Part shown: piece after piece, positions 1 to 8,743 of the stretch
How the letters are laid out: every line of letters starts with the position of its first letter
Position numbering within the stretch: the stretch's first letter is position 1
DNA from: an uncultured bacterium
GTDB lineage: Bacteria > Verrucomicrobiota > Verrucomicrobiia > Verrucomicrobiales > Akkermansiaceae
Assembly (NCBI GenBank): GCA_945947905.1
Contig: CAMEZO010000002.1
Location: 1,871-65,870, forward strand
Length of the DNA stretch: 64,000 bases
Direction: 5' to 3'
Translations under genes and position numbers: made by a program
The notes under the pieces: generated by a model
Told to the model about the DNA's origin: nothing
The model's database searches: none
The model's input: only the letters and a program-made list of their open reading frames with translations

Positions 1-311
1 CGCGTAAAGCGGAACCCGTAGCGCAACAGGGCGCGCAGGGCGATGCCGCGGGACTTCATCCACTCAAAGAACTGCGCCGCTTGGGGGGTGAAGCCCTCCA
101 GCTCGACCCCCGTCAGATCGCTCGGCCGGATGATGCGCGGCCGGTGCGCCTCCACCGTGCCGCTGCGGATGCGGCACTGACCCACGCTGTCCATGGGCTC
201 GGACAGCAGGCGGAAGTTGAAATTAGTCTCCCCGAAGCTGTCGATGCGCCGGTCCGGCACATACAGCACACGCGTCTGCTCCAAGGCATACCGGAAGGCG
301 GAGGTGTTCAC
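1..311 (-). CDS. Conserved hypothetical protein (PVC-type), 3' end runs off the window
   Basis: Not in the ORF track. Manual translation from GTG at 311 gives MNTSAFRYALEQTRVLYVPDRRIDSFGETNFNFRLLSEPMDSVGQCRIRSGTVEAHRPRII..., open to position 1 with host-like codon usage. Confidence 0.7.
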   Translation of the reverse strand, partial: MNTSAFRYALEQTRVLYVPDRRIDSFGETNFNFRLLSEPMDSVGQCRIRSGTVEAHRPRIIRPSDLTGVELEGFTPQAAQFFEWMKSRGIALRALLRYGFRFT

Positions 312-330
312 GGCGCGGCGGGGTGTTGAG

Positions 331-367
331 AAAAAAAGCGGCTCCGCCGAGAATCTGGAGGAGCCGC
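331..367 (-). terminator. Intrinsic terminator after acpP
   Basis: On the minus strand GCGGCTCC...GGAGCCGC stem followed by T7. Confidence 0.8.
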
Positions 368-386
368 CCGGAAAAACGATAGCGTG

Positions 387-626
387 TTATGCCTGCTGCT
401 TCTCGATGTAGTCAACCACATCCTTCACCGTCTTGAGCGTCTCGGCGACGTCGTCCGGCACCTCCACGGAGAACTTCTCCTCGAAGGCCATGATGAGCTC
501 CACGTTGTCGAGAGAATCGGCACCGAGGTCCTCGATGAACTTGGCATCGAGAGTCACCTTCTCGGGTTCGACGCTGAGCTGCTCGACGATGATTTCCTTC
601 ACTTGGGATAAGATACTGTCTGACAT
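387..626 (-). CDS. acpP: Acyl carrier protein
   Basis: [17 protein letters not shown]...[20 protein letters not shown] contains the phosphopantetheine-attachment DSL motif; 79 aa from ATG 626. Confidence 0.97.
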   Translation of the reverse strand: MSDSILSQVKEIIVEQLSVEPEKVTLDAKFIEDLGADSLDNVELIMAFEEKFSVEVPDDVAETLKTVKDVVDYIEKQQA

Positions 627-652
627 AAGAGTTATTGCTTTAACCGCAGACG

Positions 653-681
653 AGCATACACTATTCTGGGGAGGATTGCAA
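653..681 (-). promoter_or_regulatory. sigma70-type promoter of acpP
   Basis: TTGCAA-17 nt-TATGCT on the minus strand. Confidence 0.6.
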
Positions 682-709
682 TCAAATTCTTGCATCAGGG
701 CGGAAAAAA

Positions 710-1471
710 TCACGTCAGGGCCTGCGCAGCGAGGGCAATTCCGTTGAAAGTCAGGTAGGGAGCGATGGTAACTTTGCCGCTGAGATGGGGGGCGATGAGC
801 TCGGCATCCCCACCCGTGAGGACGAGCCCGGCCTCTGTGCCGAGCTCCCTGCGGAGGCCGCTGACGATGGAGCTGACCATGCCGGCGAAGCCGAGGTGGA
901 CGCCGATTTGCATGGCCTCCCGCGTGTTGCGGCCGATGGCGTGGGGCGGGCGGGTGAGCGCGATTTGCGGGAGCTGGGCGGTATTGCGGTGCAGGCTGCC
1001 CGCGAGGGTGAGCAGGCCGGGGGAGATGACGCCGCCGATGAAGCAGGCGCGGCGGTTGCGCTCCACGATGACATCGAAGGTGACGGCAGTGCCCAGGTCG
1101 ATGGCAATGCAGGGCAGGGCGTATTCCACGGCCACGGCCAGCGCATTCGCCACGCGGTCCGCCCCCAGGGTGCGCACGCCGGGGTAGTCGAAGTCCAGCG
1201 GCAGGGGGGAGGACGCCGCGCTGAGCACGGTGACGGGGCAGGGGAGCGAGGCTTGCAGCACCTCCAGCGCGCAGGGAACCACGGATGCGATGACGGCGCG
1301 GCGGAAGGACCAGCCGGTGAGCAGGGCCGCGACGGAGGCGGGGGTGATCTCCACCGTGGGGATGGAGCGCATGCTGCCGTGCAGCAGTTGCCCCTCCTGC
1401 ATGAGCAGGAACTTGGTGCGCGTGTTGGAGTTATCGACCAGCAGCGTGCTCTCTAGCGGGGGGCAACTCAT
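710..1471 (-). CDS. coaX: Type III pantothenate kinase
   Basis: [11 protein letters not shown]-terminal motif, [22 protein letters not shown] and LTGGDA motifs. Confidence 0.93.
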   Translation of the reverse strand: MSCPPLESTLLVDNSNTRTKFLLMQEGQLLHGSMRSIPTVEITPASVAALLTGWSFRRAVIASVVPCALEVLQASLPCPVTVLSAASSPLPLDFDYPGVRTLGADRVANALAVAVEYALPCIAIDLGTAVTFDVIVERNRRACFIGGVISPGLLTLAGSLHRNTAQLPQIALTRPPHAIGRNTREAMQIGVHLGFAGMVSSIVSGLRRELGTEAGLVLTGGDAELIAPHLSGKVTIAPYLTFNGIALAAQALT

Positions 1472-2562
1472 GAGAAGAAGTGGCGGGTGACCGCGTGGTA
1501 GATGGCAGCGGCGGCCCCGCGGGTGTTGTTGGCGGCCATGGCGGCGCTCATGCTCTGCCAGCGGGCGGCGCCTTCGGCCAACAGGGTGTCGATGGTGTGC
1601 AGCAGGTCGCGCGCGCCGCAGGCGTAGGCTCCCCCGCCGTCCTGCAGCAGCTTTTGCAGGTTTCCCTGCTCTTGGCCGGGGAGGGCGTAGTTGATGATGA
1701 CGGGAAGGTGGCAGGCGTAGGCCTCGAAGACCGTGGCGGCACCGGCTTTGCCGATGTACAGGTGATTGTTGCGGAAGAGAACGTGCATCTCCCGCGTGGC
1801 CGGGAGGATGGTCAGGCGGCCGCTCTGCTCCTCGGCCGAAAGAAGGCGGCGGAAGCGCTCGGCACGTCCCCCGGCGATGAGGGTGATGCGGCAGCCGGGG
1901 TAGGCGGACAGAAGGCTGCGCAGGTCATCCGTCACCCGGCGTGTGCTGTCATAGGCGCCGTAGACGATGCCCAGGTTCTGCGGACTCGGGAGGCTGCGCT
2001 GCTGCGGGGGCGTGAAGGCCCGCCGCACGGGAAACCCGGTGGTGCAGGCGCTCTCGAAGAAGCCGAAACGTTCCTCCATCATGCGGTGGGACTCGGCATC
2101 CGGCAGGCAGACGAGCCGCGCGCGGGATTTGATCCATGGGCGGCTGATTTCGATGGCATCCGTGACGACCATCGTGCAGGGGATGGTGATGCCGGCGTCA
2201 TCGAGCATGTAGGCATACAGCGGGTAGGTGCAGATGATGGCATGCGGGGCATAGGCCCGCACCTCCTCCGCCAAGCGGCGGGTGCAGCCGCGCAGAATCG
2301 GCAGGCGCACGCCCTCCGCCCAGTCTGCGGTGTCCGTCTGGGCATAGGTGACGCGCCACAACCAAGGCATGCGGCGAACGCAGAAGTTGTAGAACATCTG
2401 CGTGGCGCGGAAGACGGTCGGGCTGCTCAGGGCGCAGGGGTCCAGTGTGCGGGTCTGCCAGCCGCGGGCCTCGAACTCCTCGGCTATGGCGGCAGCCGCG
2501 GCATTATGACCTTGCCCGTAGGCAACGGTCAGCAGCAGCAGGCGCTTGGGGGCGGTTTCCAT
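1468..2562 (-). CDS. Monogalactosyldiacylglycerol synthase / UgtP-like glycolipid glycosyltransferase (GT28-like)
   Basis: YGQGHNAAA N-terminal motif, TGFPVR, GKAGAATVFEA and PGQEQGN motifs; stop overlaps the coaX start. Confidence 0.85.
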   Translation of the reverse strand: METAPKRLLLLTVAYGQGHNAAAAAIAEEFEARGWQTRTLDPCALSSPTVFRATQMFYNFCVRRMPWLWRVTYAQTDTADWAEGVRLPILRGCTRRLAEEVRAYAPHAIICTYPLYAYMLDDAGITIPCTMVVTDAIEISRPWIKSRARLVCLPDAESHRMMEERFGFFESACTTGFPVRRAFTPPQQRSLPSPQNLGIVYGAYDSTRRVTDDLRSLLSAYPGCRITLIAGGRAERFRRLLSAEEQSGRLTILPATREMHVLFRNNHLYIGKAGAATVFEAYACHLPVIINYALPGQEQGNLQKLLQDGGGAYACGARDLLHTIDTLLAEGAARWQSMSAAMAANNTRGAAAAIYHAVTRHFFS

Positions 2563-2582
2563 CGTGGCGTGTTTCCTGTGAT

Positions 2583-2611
2583 AAAAAAGGCCCCGGTGGT
2601 GTGCCGGGGCC
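2583..2611 (-). terminator. Intrinsic terminator of the polysaccharide export operon
   Basis: GGCCCCGG-cacacca-CCGGGGCC followed by T6 on the minus strand. Confidence 0.85.
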
Positions 2612-2634
2612 CGAGGTGGGGATGCAGCGGGCGA

Positions 2635-3240
2635 CTACGGGCCGATGCTGCCGGGGCGTCCCTCGTAGATCGGGCGGCGGGGGACGTAGATTTCGTCATC
2701 CGGACGCAGTTTCAGGGCGCGGTCGCGGGCACTGAAGTAGTCGTAAGTGCGGGTCTGCGTGCCGCGGGTCACCTGAATGTAGCGGCTGCCCATGTCCGAG
2801 ATATCACCGCACTCGATGAGGGCCTGCAGCAGGGTGAGGTTCTCGCGGAAGGGAAGGTTCTTCTTGGCTCCCACGTAACCGGTGACCATCACCGTGCGGC
2901 GTACCACACTGCCCTCGTCGGAGTCAATCTGCACCTGCACGATGGGGTCGGAGTAGATTTTCTGCTCCACATACATATCCCGCACCACACGCTCGATGTC
3001 ACGAGCCGTTTTGCCGGAGACCTTGACGCCGCTGCTGAGGTAGGGCAGCTTGATGGTGCCGTCGCCTCGGTTGACGGTGTACTTACCGTTGACGGTGCCC
3101 GCATCTTCGGAGGGCACATTCTTGACGTTGATGATCACATCACCGCCCGGCATGGCACGCACCTCCGTGGAGGTTTGGGCCATGGCCGGCAGCAGCATGA
3201 GCATGACCGCCAAGAGCATCTGTATCAGTTTTGTCTGCAT
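2635..3240 (-). CDS. Polysaccharide export protein (Wza/Poly_export plus SLBB domain)
   Basis: Signal peptide, then PGGDVIINV, YTVNRGDGTIKLPYL, VSGKTARDIE, VMVTGYVG, LTLLQALIECG and LRPDDEIYVP. Start taken at ATG 3240. Confidence 0.85.
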   Translation of the reverse strand: MQTKLIQMLLAVMLMLLPAMAQTSTEVRAMPGGDVIINVKNVPSEDAGTVNGKYTVNRGDGTIKLPYLSSGVKVSGKTARDIERVVRDMYVEQKIYSDPIVQVQIDSDEGSVVRRTVMVTGYVGAKKNLPFRENLTLLQALIECGDISDMGSRYIQVTRGTQTRTYDYFSARDRALKLRPDDEIYVPRRPIYEGRPGSIGP

Positions 3241-3244
3241 AGCT

Positions 3245-5440
3245 TCAGTAGATGTCTCCTTCGTTGTTCTCGGTCGCGGCGATCTCGGGCTTGGGCGCGG
3301 TCTCTGCCTGCTTGGCGGCAGCCTTCGGCTCCTTGCGGCTCTTGTCACCGGAGTAGTAGGAATAGTAGGTGGTGTAGTATTGGTACTGCGTGTCGCTGGA
3401 GATGTCCACGTTGTTCATCACCAGGCCCATGATCTGGCCGCCTGCGTTCTGAATGGTGGTTTTGGCTCGCAGCAGAGCCTTCACGGGCATCTTGCGGGGC
3501 TGCAGCACCAGCAGCGTGGCATCCGCTTTGCTCACCAGCAGGGAGGCATCGCTCACGCCCAGAGCCGGCGGGGAGTCGAACAGCACGTAGTCGAAGCGGG
3601 CCGTCGCTTCCTCGATGAGCTGCGTCATGCGGTGCGAACCCAGCAGGCCGGAGGGGTCCGTCGGGATGGGGCCGGGGGGCAGGATGTACAGGTTCGGTAC
3701 CTTGGTTTTCACCACGACGTCGCGCAACTCCATGTTGGAGGAGAGGTAGTTGCTCAGACCCACGTCGGCAGAAATCTCGGCATAGCGGGCCAAGCGCGGG
3801 CGGCGCATATCGGCGTCCACCATCAGCGTGCTGTAGCCGCCCTGTGCCAGTACGTAGGCCAGGTTGCTCAGCGTGGTCGTCTTACCTTCACCGGCATTGG
3901 CGGAGCAGATGCAGAAGGTCGTGGCCTTGAAGACGCTGCGCTTCAGCTCGATGTTCGTGCGCAGAATGCGGTAGGCCTCGGCATCCGGGCTGTCGCCGTC
4001 CTGCAACATCAGAATGCCGGCATCCTGCGGGATGACACCCAGCACGGGCAGGCCCAAGCGCACCTCGGCGTCCTCCAGGGATTTGATGGAGGTGTCGAAG
4101 TAGTTGAAGGTGAAGGCGGTGATGATGGCCGCGATGAGGCCGATGACGGCACCCACAATGGTGTTCAGGTTTTTGTTGGGGCTGCTCGGGGCGCTGGCCT
4201 CGTAGGGCTGGCTGTGCTGCTTGTAGCAGGGACGCGGCACCTCCAGTCGGGCGCACTCACTCAGGAAGCGGTTGTTGAGCTCATCGTAGCGGGCTTTTTC
4301 GGCCTGGTATTCCTGGATGGCGGTGTTCACGCGGCGGTCGTCCAGCGTTTTCTCGCGCAGGCGGTCGCGGGCTTCGTCGCTGCGCTGGGCCAGCTTGGCC
4401 AGCTCGGACTTCTTGACGTCGATTTGGTCGGCCATGGCATCGCGCATGCCCACCAGCTCGGCGTACAGCTGCTCGCGCGTGGTCTTGTGTTGCTCGTCGA
4501 GGCGCTTGATGTTCGGGTGGTTCTCCCCGTAGCCGCTCAGTAGCTTCTGGTTGCGCTCGTCGATTTCTTTGGTGAATTGCTCGTTCAGGCTGCGCACCTT
4601 GGCAGAGCAGTAGGACTCCGCCGTCAGCAGGCCCGTGCGGGTCACATAGCTCAGCAGATCGTCGTCCTTGAGGTTCTGCAGCTTGCTGATATGAACCGTC
4701 ATCTGGGAAATCTCGTTCTCCAGGCGGCGCTTGTCACCCAGTAACTGGCGCACCTCTTCTTCCTCGGCGTTGGCGGAGATGGCGCCCACGTGGCTGGTGC
4801 CCAGGTTGGAAACAATGTATTTGTTGGAGCGGATGAGCTGGCGGATGACGTCCTCTTTCTTCTCCAGGTCGTCCTGCTTGGCGCGCAGCATCTCCTCCTG
4901 TTTGGCAATGGCCTCGCGGATGAGGGAGTTCTCTTCCTCGTCACGCAGTTCCTTGTAGCATTCCAGAACAGCTTGGCAGATGCGCTTGGCTCGGGCAGCG
5001 ATGCCGTCCGAAACAATCAGGTCAACGATGTTCGTGTTTTTGCGGGGGGAGACGATGATGGAGCCCATCAGCGCGCGGCCTGCCTGCTCCTTCGTTGTAT
5101 GCCATTCCGTGTCCAGCCCCAGTTTGTGCGCCACGGCGGCCAGATTGCGCTCCGAGACGAGAATCTCGAACTGTGTCTGCATGTACGAGCCGTCGCCGGA
5201 AAGTCGGGCACTCACGTTCGGGTCAACGCCGGAGACGCTGAAGAGGTCGCGCGAGGGGATGATCTCGAAGGACATCGAGCTCTTGTACGTCGGTGCCATC
5301 GTGTATGTCATCAGCACGCAGCTGGTGAAAATCAGGATGAACACCAACAGCGCTTCCTTCCAACGGTCTCGGATGACTTGCAGGTAGTCCTGCGCGATCA
5401 GAATGGACTCTTCCTTCCTGTTACCTACGCCTTCTGCCAT
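3245..5440 (-). CDS. wzc: Polysaccharide co-polymerase / BY-kinase (Wzc-like)
   Basis: Two TM segments around a coiled coil, AEAYRILRTN, Walker A AGEGKTT, VDADMRRP, FDSPP and a C-terminal Tyr cluster QYQYYTTYYSYY. Confidence 0.92.
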   Translation of the reverse strand: MAEGVGNRKEESILIAQDYLQVIRDRWKEALLVFILIFTSCVLMTYTMAPTYKSSMSFEIIPSRDLFSVSGVDPNVSARLSGDGSYMQTQFEILVSERNLAAVAHKLGLDTEWHTTKEQAGRALMGSIIVSPRKNTNIVDLIVSDGIAARAKRICQAVLECYKELRDEEENSLIREAIAKQEEMLRAKQDDLEKKEDVIRQLIRSNKYIVSNLGTSHVGAISANAEEEEVRQLLGDKRRLENEISQMTVHISKLQNLKDDDLLSYVTRTGLLTAESYCSAKVRSLNEQFTKEIDERNQKLLSGYGENHPNIKRLDEQHKTTREQLYAELVGMRDAMADQIDVKKSELAKLAQRSDEARDRLREKTLDDRRVNTAIQEYQAEKARYDELNNRFLSECARLEVPRPCYKQHSQPYEASAPSSPNKNLNTIVGAVIGLIAAIITAFTFNYFDTSIKSLEDAEVRLGLPVLGVIPQDAGILMLQDGDSPDAEAYRILRTNIELKRSVFKATTFCICSANAGEGKTTTLSNLAYVLAQGGYSTLMVDADMRRPRLARYAEISADVGLSNYLSSNMELRDVVVKTKVPNLYILPPGPIPTDPSGLLGSHRMTQLIEEATARFDYVLFDSPPALGVSDASLLVSKADATLLVLQPRKMPVKALLRAKTTIQNAGGQIMGLVMNNVDISSDTQYQYYTTYYSYYSGDKSRKEPKAAAKQAETAPKPEIAATENNEGDIY

Positions 5441-5463
5441 ATATGTTTTTTGTTTTCTGTGTA

Positions 5464-5505
5464 GAAAAGAAGTGGCCCCTCCCGCAGGGTGGGGAGAAGC
5501 CACTT
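5464..5505 (-). terminator. Terminator-like hairpin between the beta-barrel gene and wzc
   Basis: AAGTGGCTTCTCCC...GGGAGGGGCCACTT then CTTTTCT on the minus strand. Confidence 0.6.
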
Positions 5506-5524
5506 GTATGGGAAAATCAGTTCA

Positions 5525-6709
5525 TCAGAAGGTGTACGAGACGCCGGCCGAAACCTTGTTGCGGTAGTAGTCACCCGCATCCTTGTTGGCCTGCGTGAAC
5601 GTGTAGTCCATCGACAGCGACCAGTTGCGCGCCACCTTGTAGCTGAGCCCCGCGTGGCACATCCACGTCAGGCGGTTCTGGTTGCCCATACCGCCCGTGC
5701 CGCGGCTGTACTGTGCCAAGTACACCGAACCGCCGAAGTTGAAGGACAGCTCCGGGTGGAACGCGTAGGAGAGGTCGGCACCCAGACGCAGGGTCTGGTC
5801 AGAGCGGAAGTTGAAGCCGCTGTGGTAAGTGTCCACGTTCTCGTTCGTCCAAGAGAGGTAGGTGTTAGCGCTCAGGCCGTCCGAGAGCGTGCGGCGGTAG
5901 CCGGCCGTGATGTGCGGGGAAAGGAAGTTGGTGCCGCTCACGAACTTGATCTGCGTGCCCATCGTCAGGCTGCAGCTGGAGAGCGTGTCAATCGAGTGGT
6001 TGACACCTACCGTCGTGTAGATGCTGTCACTGTCGAAGCCCGTGCGACGGAAGTCGTGGGAGTAGGACAGGCTTACGTTGTAGGAGGTAAGCGGGGTGTC
6101 CTTGTAGCTCAGAGACAGGGAGGTGGAGACATACTGGCGGTTGTCATCCTTGTAGTCACCCTCCGTGTACAGGTTACCGCTGTAGGAGGCACTCGCCGAC
6201 CAGCTGAAGCGGGAGTCGATCGGGCGGCTGTAGCTGTGAGACATGCTCCAGTTCAGCACATCGCCCTGCGAACGGGCAGCAGAAATGCCGCTGGCGTACT
6301 CCGGCTCCGGCTTGTAGTTCAGCGTCAGGGAGGTGTTGTATGTAGCGCCGTCCCCGCAGTTGTGCGTCAAGCCCGCGTTCACGGAGATGTCACCGAACAA
6401 ACGCTGGTCGGAGCTGTTGGCACGCTTGTTGTACAGCGTAGCACCCGTGTGGGCGGAGAAGCGAACCTTGTCCACAGATTCGTAGTCCGCATAGCTGGCG
6501 CTCACACCCAAGTTGGAGAACATGCTGCTCTCCCGGTTCGTGCTGGAGGAGTTGATGTTATCTTCCCAACCCATGCCGACGTTGGCGCTGAAGGTGAGCT
6601 GCTGGGACTCCGTGAGGCCCACGAGCGGGGCGGAGTCAAACAGGGAAACACCCATGGCGCAGGGGGCGAGCAGCGACAGGGCTGCCATCTTAAAGAAAGC
6701 CGATTTCAT
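5525..6709 (-). CDS. Outer-membrane beta-barrel protein linked to polysaccharide export
   Basis: Signal peptide, alternating beta-strand pattern rich in Y/S/G, terminal GVSYTF; directly upstream of wzc. Confidence 0.8.
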   Translation of the reverse strand: MKSAFFKMAALSLLAPCAMGVSLFDSAPLVGLTESQQLTFSANVGMGWEDNINSSSTNRESSMFSNLGVSASYADYESVDKVRFSAHTGATLYNKRANSSDQRLFGDISVNAGLTHNCGDGATYNTSLTLNYKPEPEYASGISAARSQGDVLNWSMSHSYSRPIDSRFSWSASASYSGNLYTEGDYKDDNRQYVSTSLSLSYKDTPLTSYNVSLSYSHDFRRTGFDSDSIYTTVGVNHSIDTLSSCSLTMGTQIKFVSGTNFLSPHITAGYRRTLSDGLSANTYLSWTNENVDTYHSGFNFRSDQTLRLGADLSYAFHPELSFNFGGSVYLAQYSRGTGGMGNQNRLTWMCHAGLSYKVARNWSLSMDYTFTQANKDAGDYYRNKVSAGVSYTF

Positions 6710-6733
6710 GATTCAGATCTGTTCCGGGTTCTA

Positions 6734-7330
6734 TCAGTTCGAGGTGGGCGGAGGGGTGGGGGGCGTCTCCGGGGTGGGAGGCGTGCTCGGCGCAATCTCC
6801 GTGATGCCGCCGGCAAGCTGCTCCGCCGGGCTCGGGGCCGCCGTGCGCACGTTGCGCACGATCGCGTTGTACACGCTGCCCTCAATGTTCTGCACCACAA
6901 TCAGGCGGGCGATGTTCTCCGCCATGCCGCGCAGGTGAGCTTCGTTGTTCGTGCCCGTCGTCGGCGTGTTGCTCGCTGTGCCGCGCGCCGTCGCGTTGCC
7001 CTGTGTGTACTCCTTCGCTACTTTCTCCAACGCAGGCGGCATATACGGGTCCAGCGCCGGCACCGCCAGCAGAATCGCCCGCAAGATCGCGTATACCTCC
7101 GAGGATTTCCAATTCGTGCGCTGCTTCAAAATGCGCTCGAAAACAACGTCGGCCTCTCCCGGGCTCTCCGCCGCGGCAATATAGGCTCCTTGGGTGATTT
7201 TGCTGATGCTCGCCCCCGAATTCGGAAGCGCATCGGCTACCACCTTGTCCAGGCTCGGCCCAACGGCCAGCGCGCTGCCGCAGGCCATAGCTGTCAGCAG
7301 GGCAAGTGATATGCGTGTTGCTCGTTTCAT
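6734..7330 (-). CDS. Secreted hypothetical protein with Pro/Thr-rich C-terminus
   Basis: Signal peptide MKRATRISLALLTAMACGSALA; C-terminus TPPTPETPPTPPPTSN; first gene of the operon. Confidence 0.7.
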   Translation of the reverse strand: MKRATRISLALLTAMACGSALAVGPSLDKVVADALPNSGASISKITQGAYIAAAESPGEADVVFERILKQRTNWKSSEVYAILRAILLAVPALDPYMPPALEKVAKEYTQGNATARGTASNTPTTGTNNEAHLRGMAENIARLIVVQNIEGSVYNAIVRNVRTAAPSPAEQLAGGITEIAPSTPPTPETPPTPPPTSN

Positions 7331-7359
7331 AAACTTGTCTCTTGGGGTTGAAACAGGAG

Positions 7360-7430
7360 AGCGGGTAGCGGGAATCGAACCCGCATGGCCAGCTTGGAAG
7401 GCTGGAGCTTTGCCATTAAGCTATACCCGC
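7360..7430 (-). tRNA. tRNA-Gly (TCC)
   Basis: Cloverleaf GCGGGTA TA GCTT AATGGCA AAGC T CCAGC CTTCCAA GCTGG CCAT GCGGG TTCGATT CCCGC TACCCGC T. U73 discriminator; CCA not encoded. Confidence 0.95.
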
Positions 7431-7441
7431 GTTGCAAAAGC

Positions 7442-7470
7442 AATTTAGCACTTTCTATCCCATGATGCAA
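7442..7470 (-). promoter_or_regulatory. Promoter of tRNA-Gly(TCC)
   Basis: TTGCAT-17 nt-TAAATT. Confidence 0.55.
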
Positions 7471-7508
7471 GCCTTTTTTTCTTTTTTTGTTCTTTTTTCA
7501 ATTTTTTC

Positions 7509-7537
7509 TTGACAATTCACCCCCTCTCCCCTATAAT
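7509..7537 (+). promoter_or_regulatory. Consensus sigma70 promoter of tRNA-Gly(CCC)
   Basis: TTGACA-17 nt-TATAAT, preceded by T-tracts. Confidence 0.9.
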
Positions 7538-7556
7538 TCCCTCGTCACCTTACCAT

Positions 7557-7627
7557 GCGGGCGTCGTTCAATGGTAGGACGTGTGCTTCCCAAGCATGCG
7601 ACACGGGTTCGATTCCCGTCGCCCGTA
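7557..7627 (+). tRNA. tRNA-Gly (CCC), atypical acceptor end
   Basis: GCGGGCG TC GTTC AATGGTA GGAC G TGTGC TTCCCAA GCATG CGAC ACGGG TTCGATT CCCGT CGCCCGT A. G1-U72 and A73; no CCA. Confidence 0.85.
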
Positions 7628-7636
7628 GAAAAATAC

Positions 7637-7672
7637 ATTTCGCCTCGCGGTTTTCAGGCTGCGAGGCGAAAT
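7637..7672 (+). terminator. Stem-loop after tRNA-Gly(CCC)
   Basis: 12-bp perfect inverted repeat ATTTCGCCTCGC / GCGAGGCGAAAT. Confidence 0.65.
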
Positions 7673-7841
7673 CTGTTTCAGTACATGTTGCGATAGGGGT
7701 CGCTCTACCACTTTAACACTGTCGTGAGAAGATATTCCGAGCTTTGCATGAGTTCGCCCGAGATCCGTTCGAATCTGTGTTGATCCGTGGACGAATTCCG
7801 GAATCCCGTTGCATTAAATCAGACCGGGAAGTTCGGGGAGC

Positions 7842-8327
7842 CTACTGCCGCAGGCGGAGGACAAATTGGGCGAGGGCGGCGGCGAGGTCGGTGCAGCCGT
7901 AGTACTCGGCGGAGCCGAGGCGGTCGGCCTGGTTTGCGATGCGGGCGTTGATGCGGCGAATGGCGGGGGCGATATCGCCTTGGAGGCGTGCGAGGTCCTC
8001 CGGGGTGGGGTCGGGCAGGCCGGCGAAGCCCGCGGCCCAGTCATGCAGCTCGCCGGTGAGGCGCACGATAGCCGGCACCGCGGCGGCGGCGGAATCCGCA
8101 TCCTTGACGCCCAGCAGGACGCGGTGCAGCTCGTGTAACTTCTGCACCCCCGCCTGCAGGCGTTCCTCCGCCGCCTTGATTTGCTCCCGGTAAGCCTGAT
8201 CCTGCGCCGCATCGACCTGCTCCTCCTCGGCCGGGAGGTCCGGCAGAGTGGGCAGGGAAGGGAGGGACTCCTGAGCCGCAGCAACGGCGATCCCGAGAGC
8301 AGTCAGAGAAAAGCGCAATAACATCAT
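7842..8327 (-). CDS. Secreted helical hypothetical protein
   Basis: Signal peptide from ATG 8327, which overlaps the upstream stop (ATGA); shares a VK-x-x-DSA motif with its neighbour. Confidence 0.7.
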   Translation of the reverse strand: MMLLRFSLTALGIAVAAAQESLPSLPTLPDLPAEEEQVDAAQDQAYREQIKAAEERLQAGVQKLHELHRVLLGVKDADSAAAAVPAIVRLTGELHDWAAGFAGLPDPTPEDLARLQGDIAPAIRRINARIANQADRLGSAEYYGCTDLAAALAQFVLRLRQ

Positions 8328-8743
8328 GAGGCCAGCAACATGGAAAGCAGTTGGAACGACTTGGCGAACGCCGTCGAGCGGAAGCAATGTGCGGACTGAA
8401 TGCGGAAGATTTCCCCGTATACCTTGCCCCACTTCTCCCGCATCGGGCGCTCGTATTTACTGAGGATGAGCTGCTGCTGCTGCGGGCTGAGGGCCTTGAC
8501 CGCGCTGAGCTCCTTGCTGAGCTTCAGCACCTCCACGGCCTGCAGGCGCAGGGGCTCGGCGGCCTGCTCGGCAGAGTCGCGATTTTTCACCTGTTGCAGG
8601 AGCGGCAGCAGCGTATCCGGCAGGGCCGTGTAGCGCGCAAACGCCGCATCCAGCTCCGGCGGCAGCTCCTCCGCCGCGCAGCAGAGGGGCAGCGCCGCCG
8701 GAAGCAGCGCGAGCATACACAAGGGCATCCCCGGGTGCATCAC
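8324..8743 (-). CDS. Secreted helical hypothetical protein, apparent paralog of 7842..8327
   Basis: LLQQVKNRDSAEQAAEPL versus VLLGVKDADSAAAAVPAI; coupled to both flanking genes by 4-nt overlaps. Confidence 0.7.
   Translation of the reverse strand: MMHPGMPLCMLALLPAALPLCCAAEELPPELDAAFARYTALPDTLLPLLQQVKNRDSAEQAAEPLRLQAVEVLKLSKELSAVKALSPQQQQLILSKYERPMREKWGKVYGEIFRIQSAHCFRSTAFAKSFQLLSMLLAS

Noticed and set aside
7628-7841. Genomic island integrated at tRNA-Gly(CCC)
   Set aside because: No integrase follows and no duplicate of the tRNA 3' end was seen in the window.
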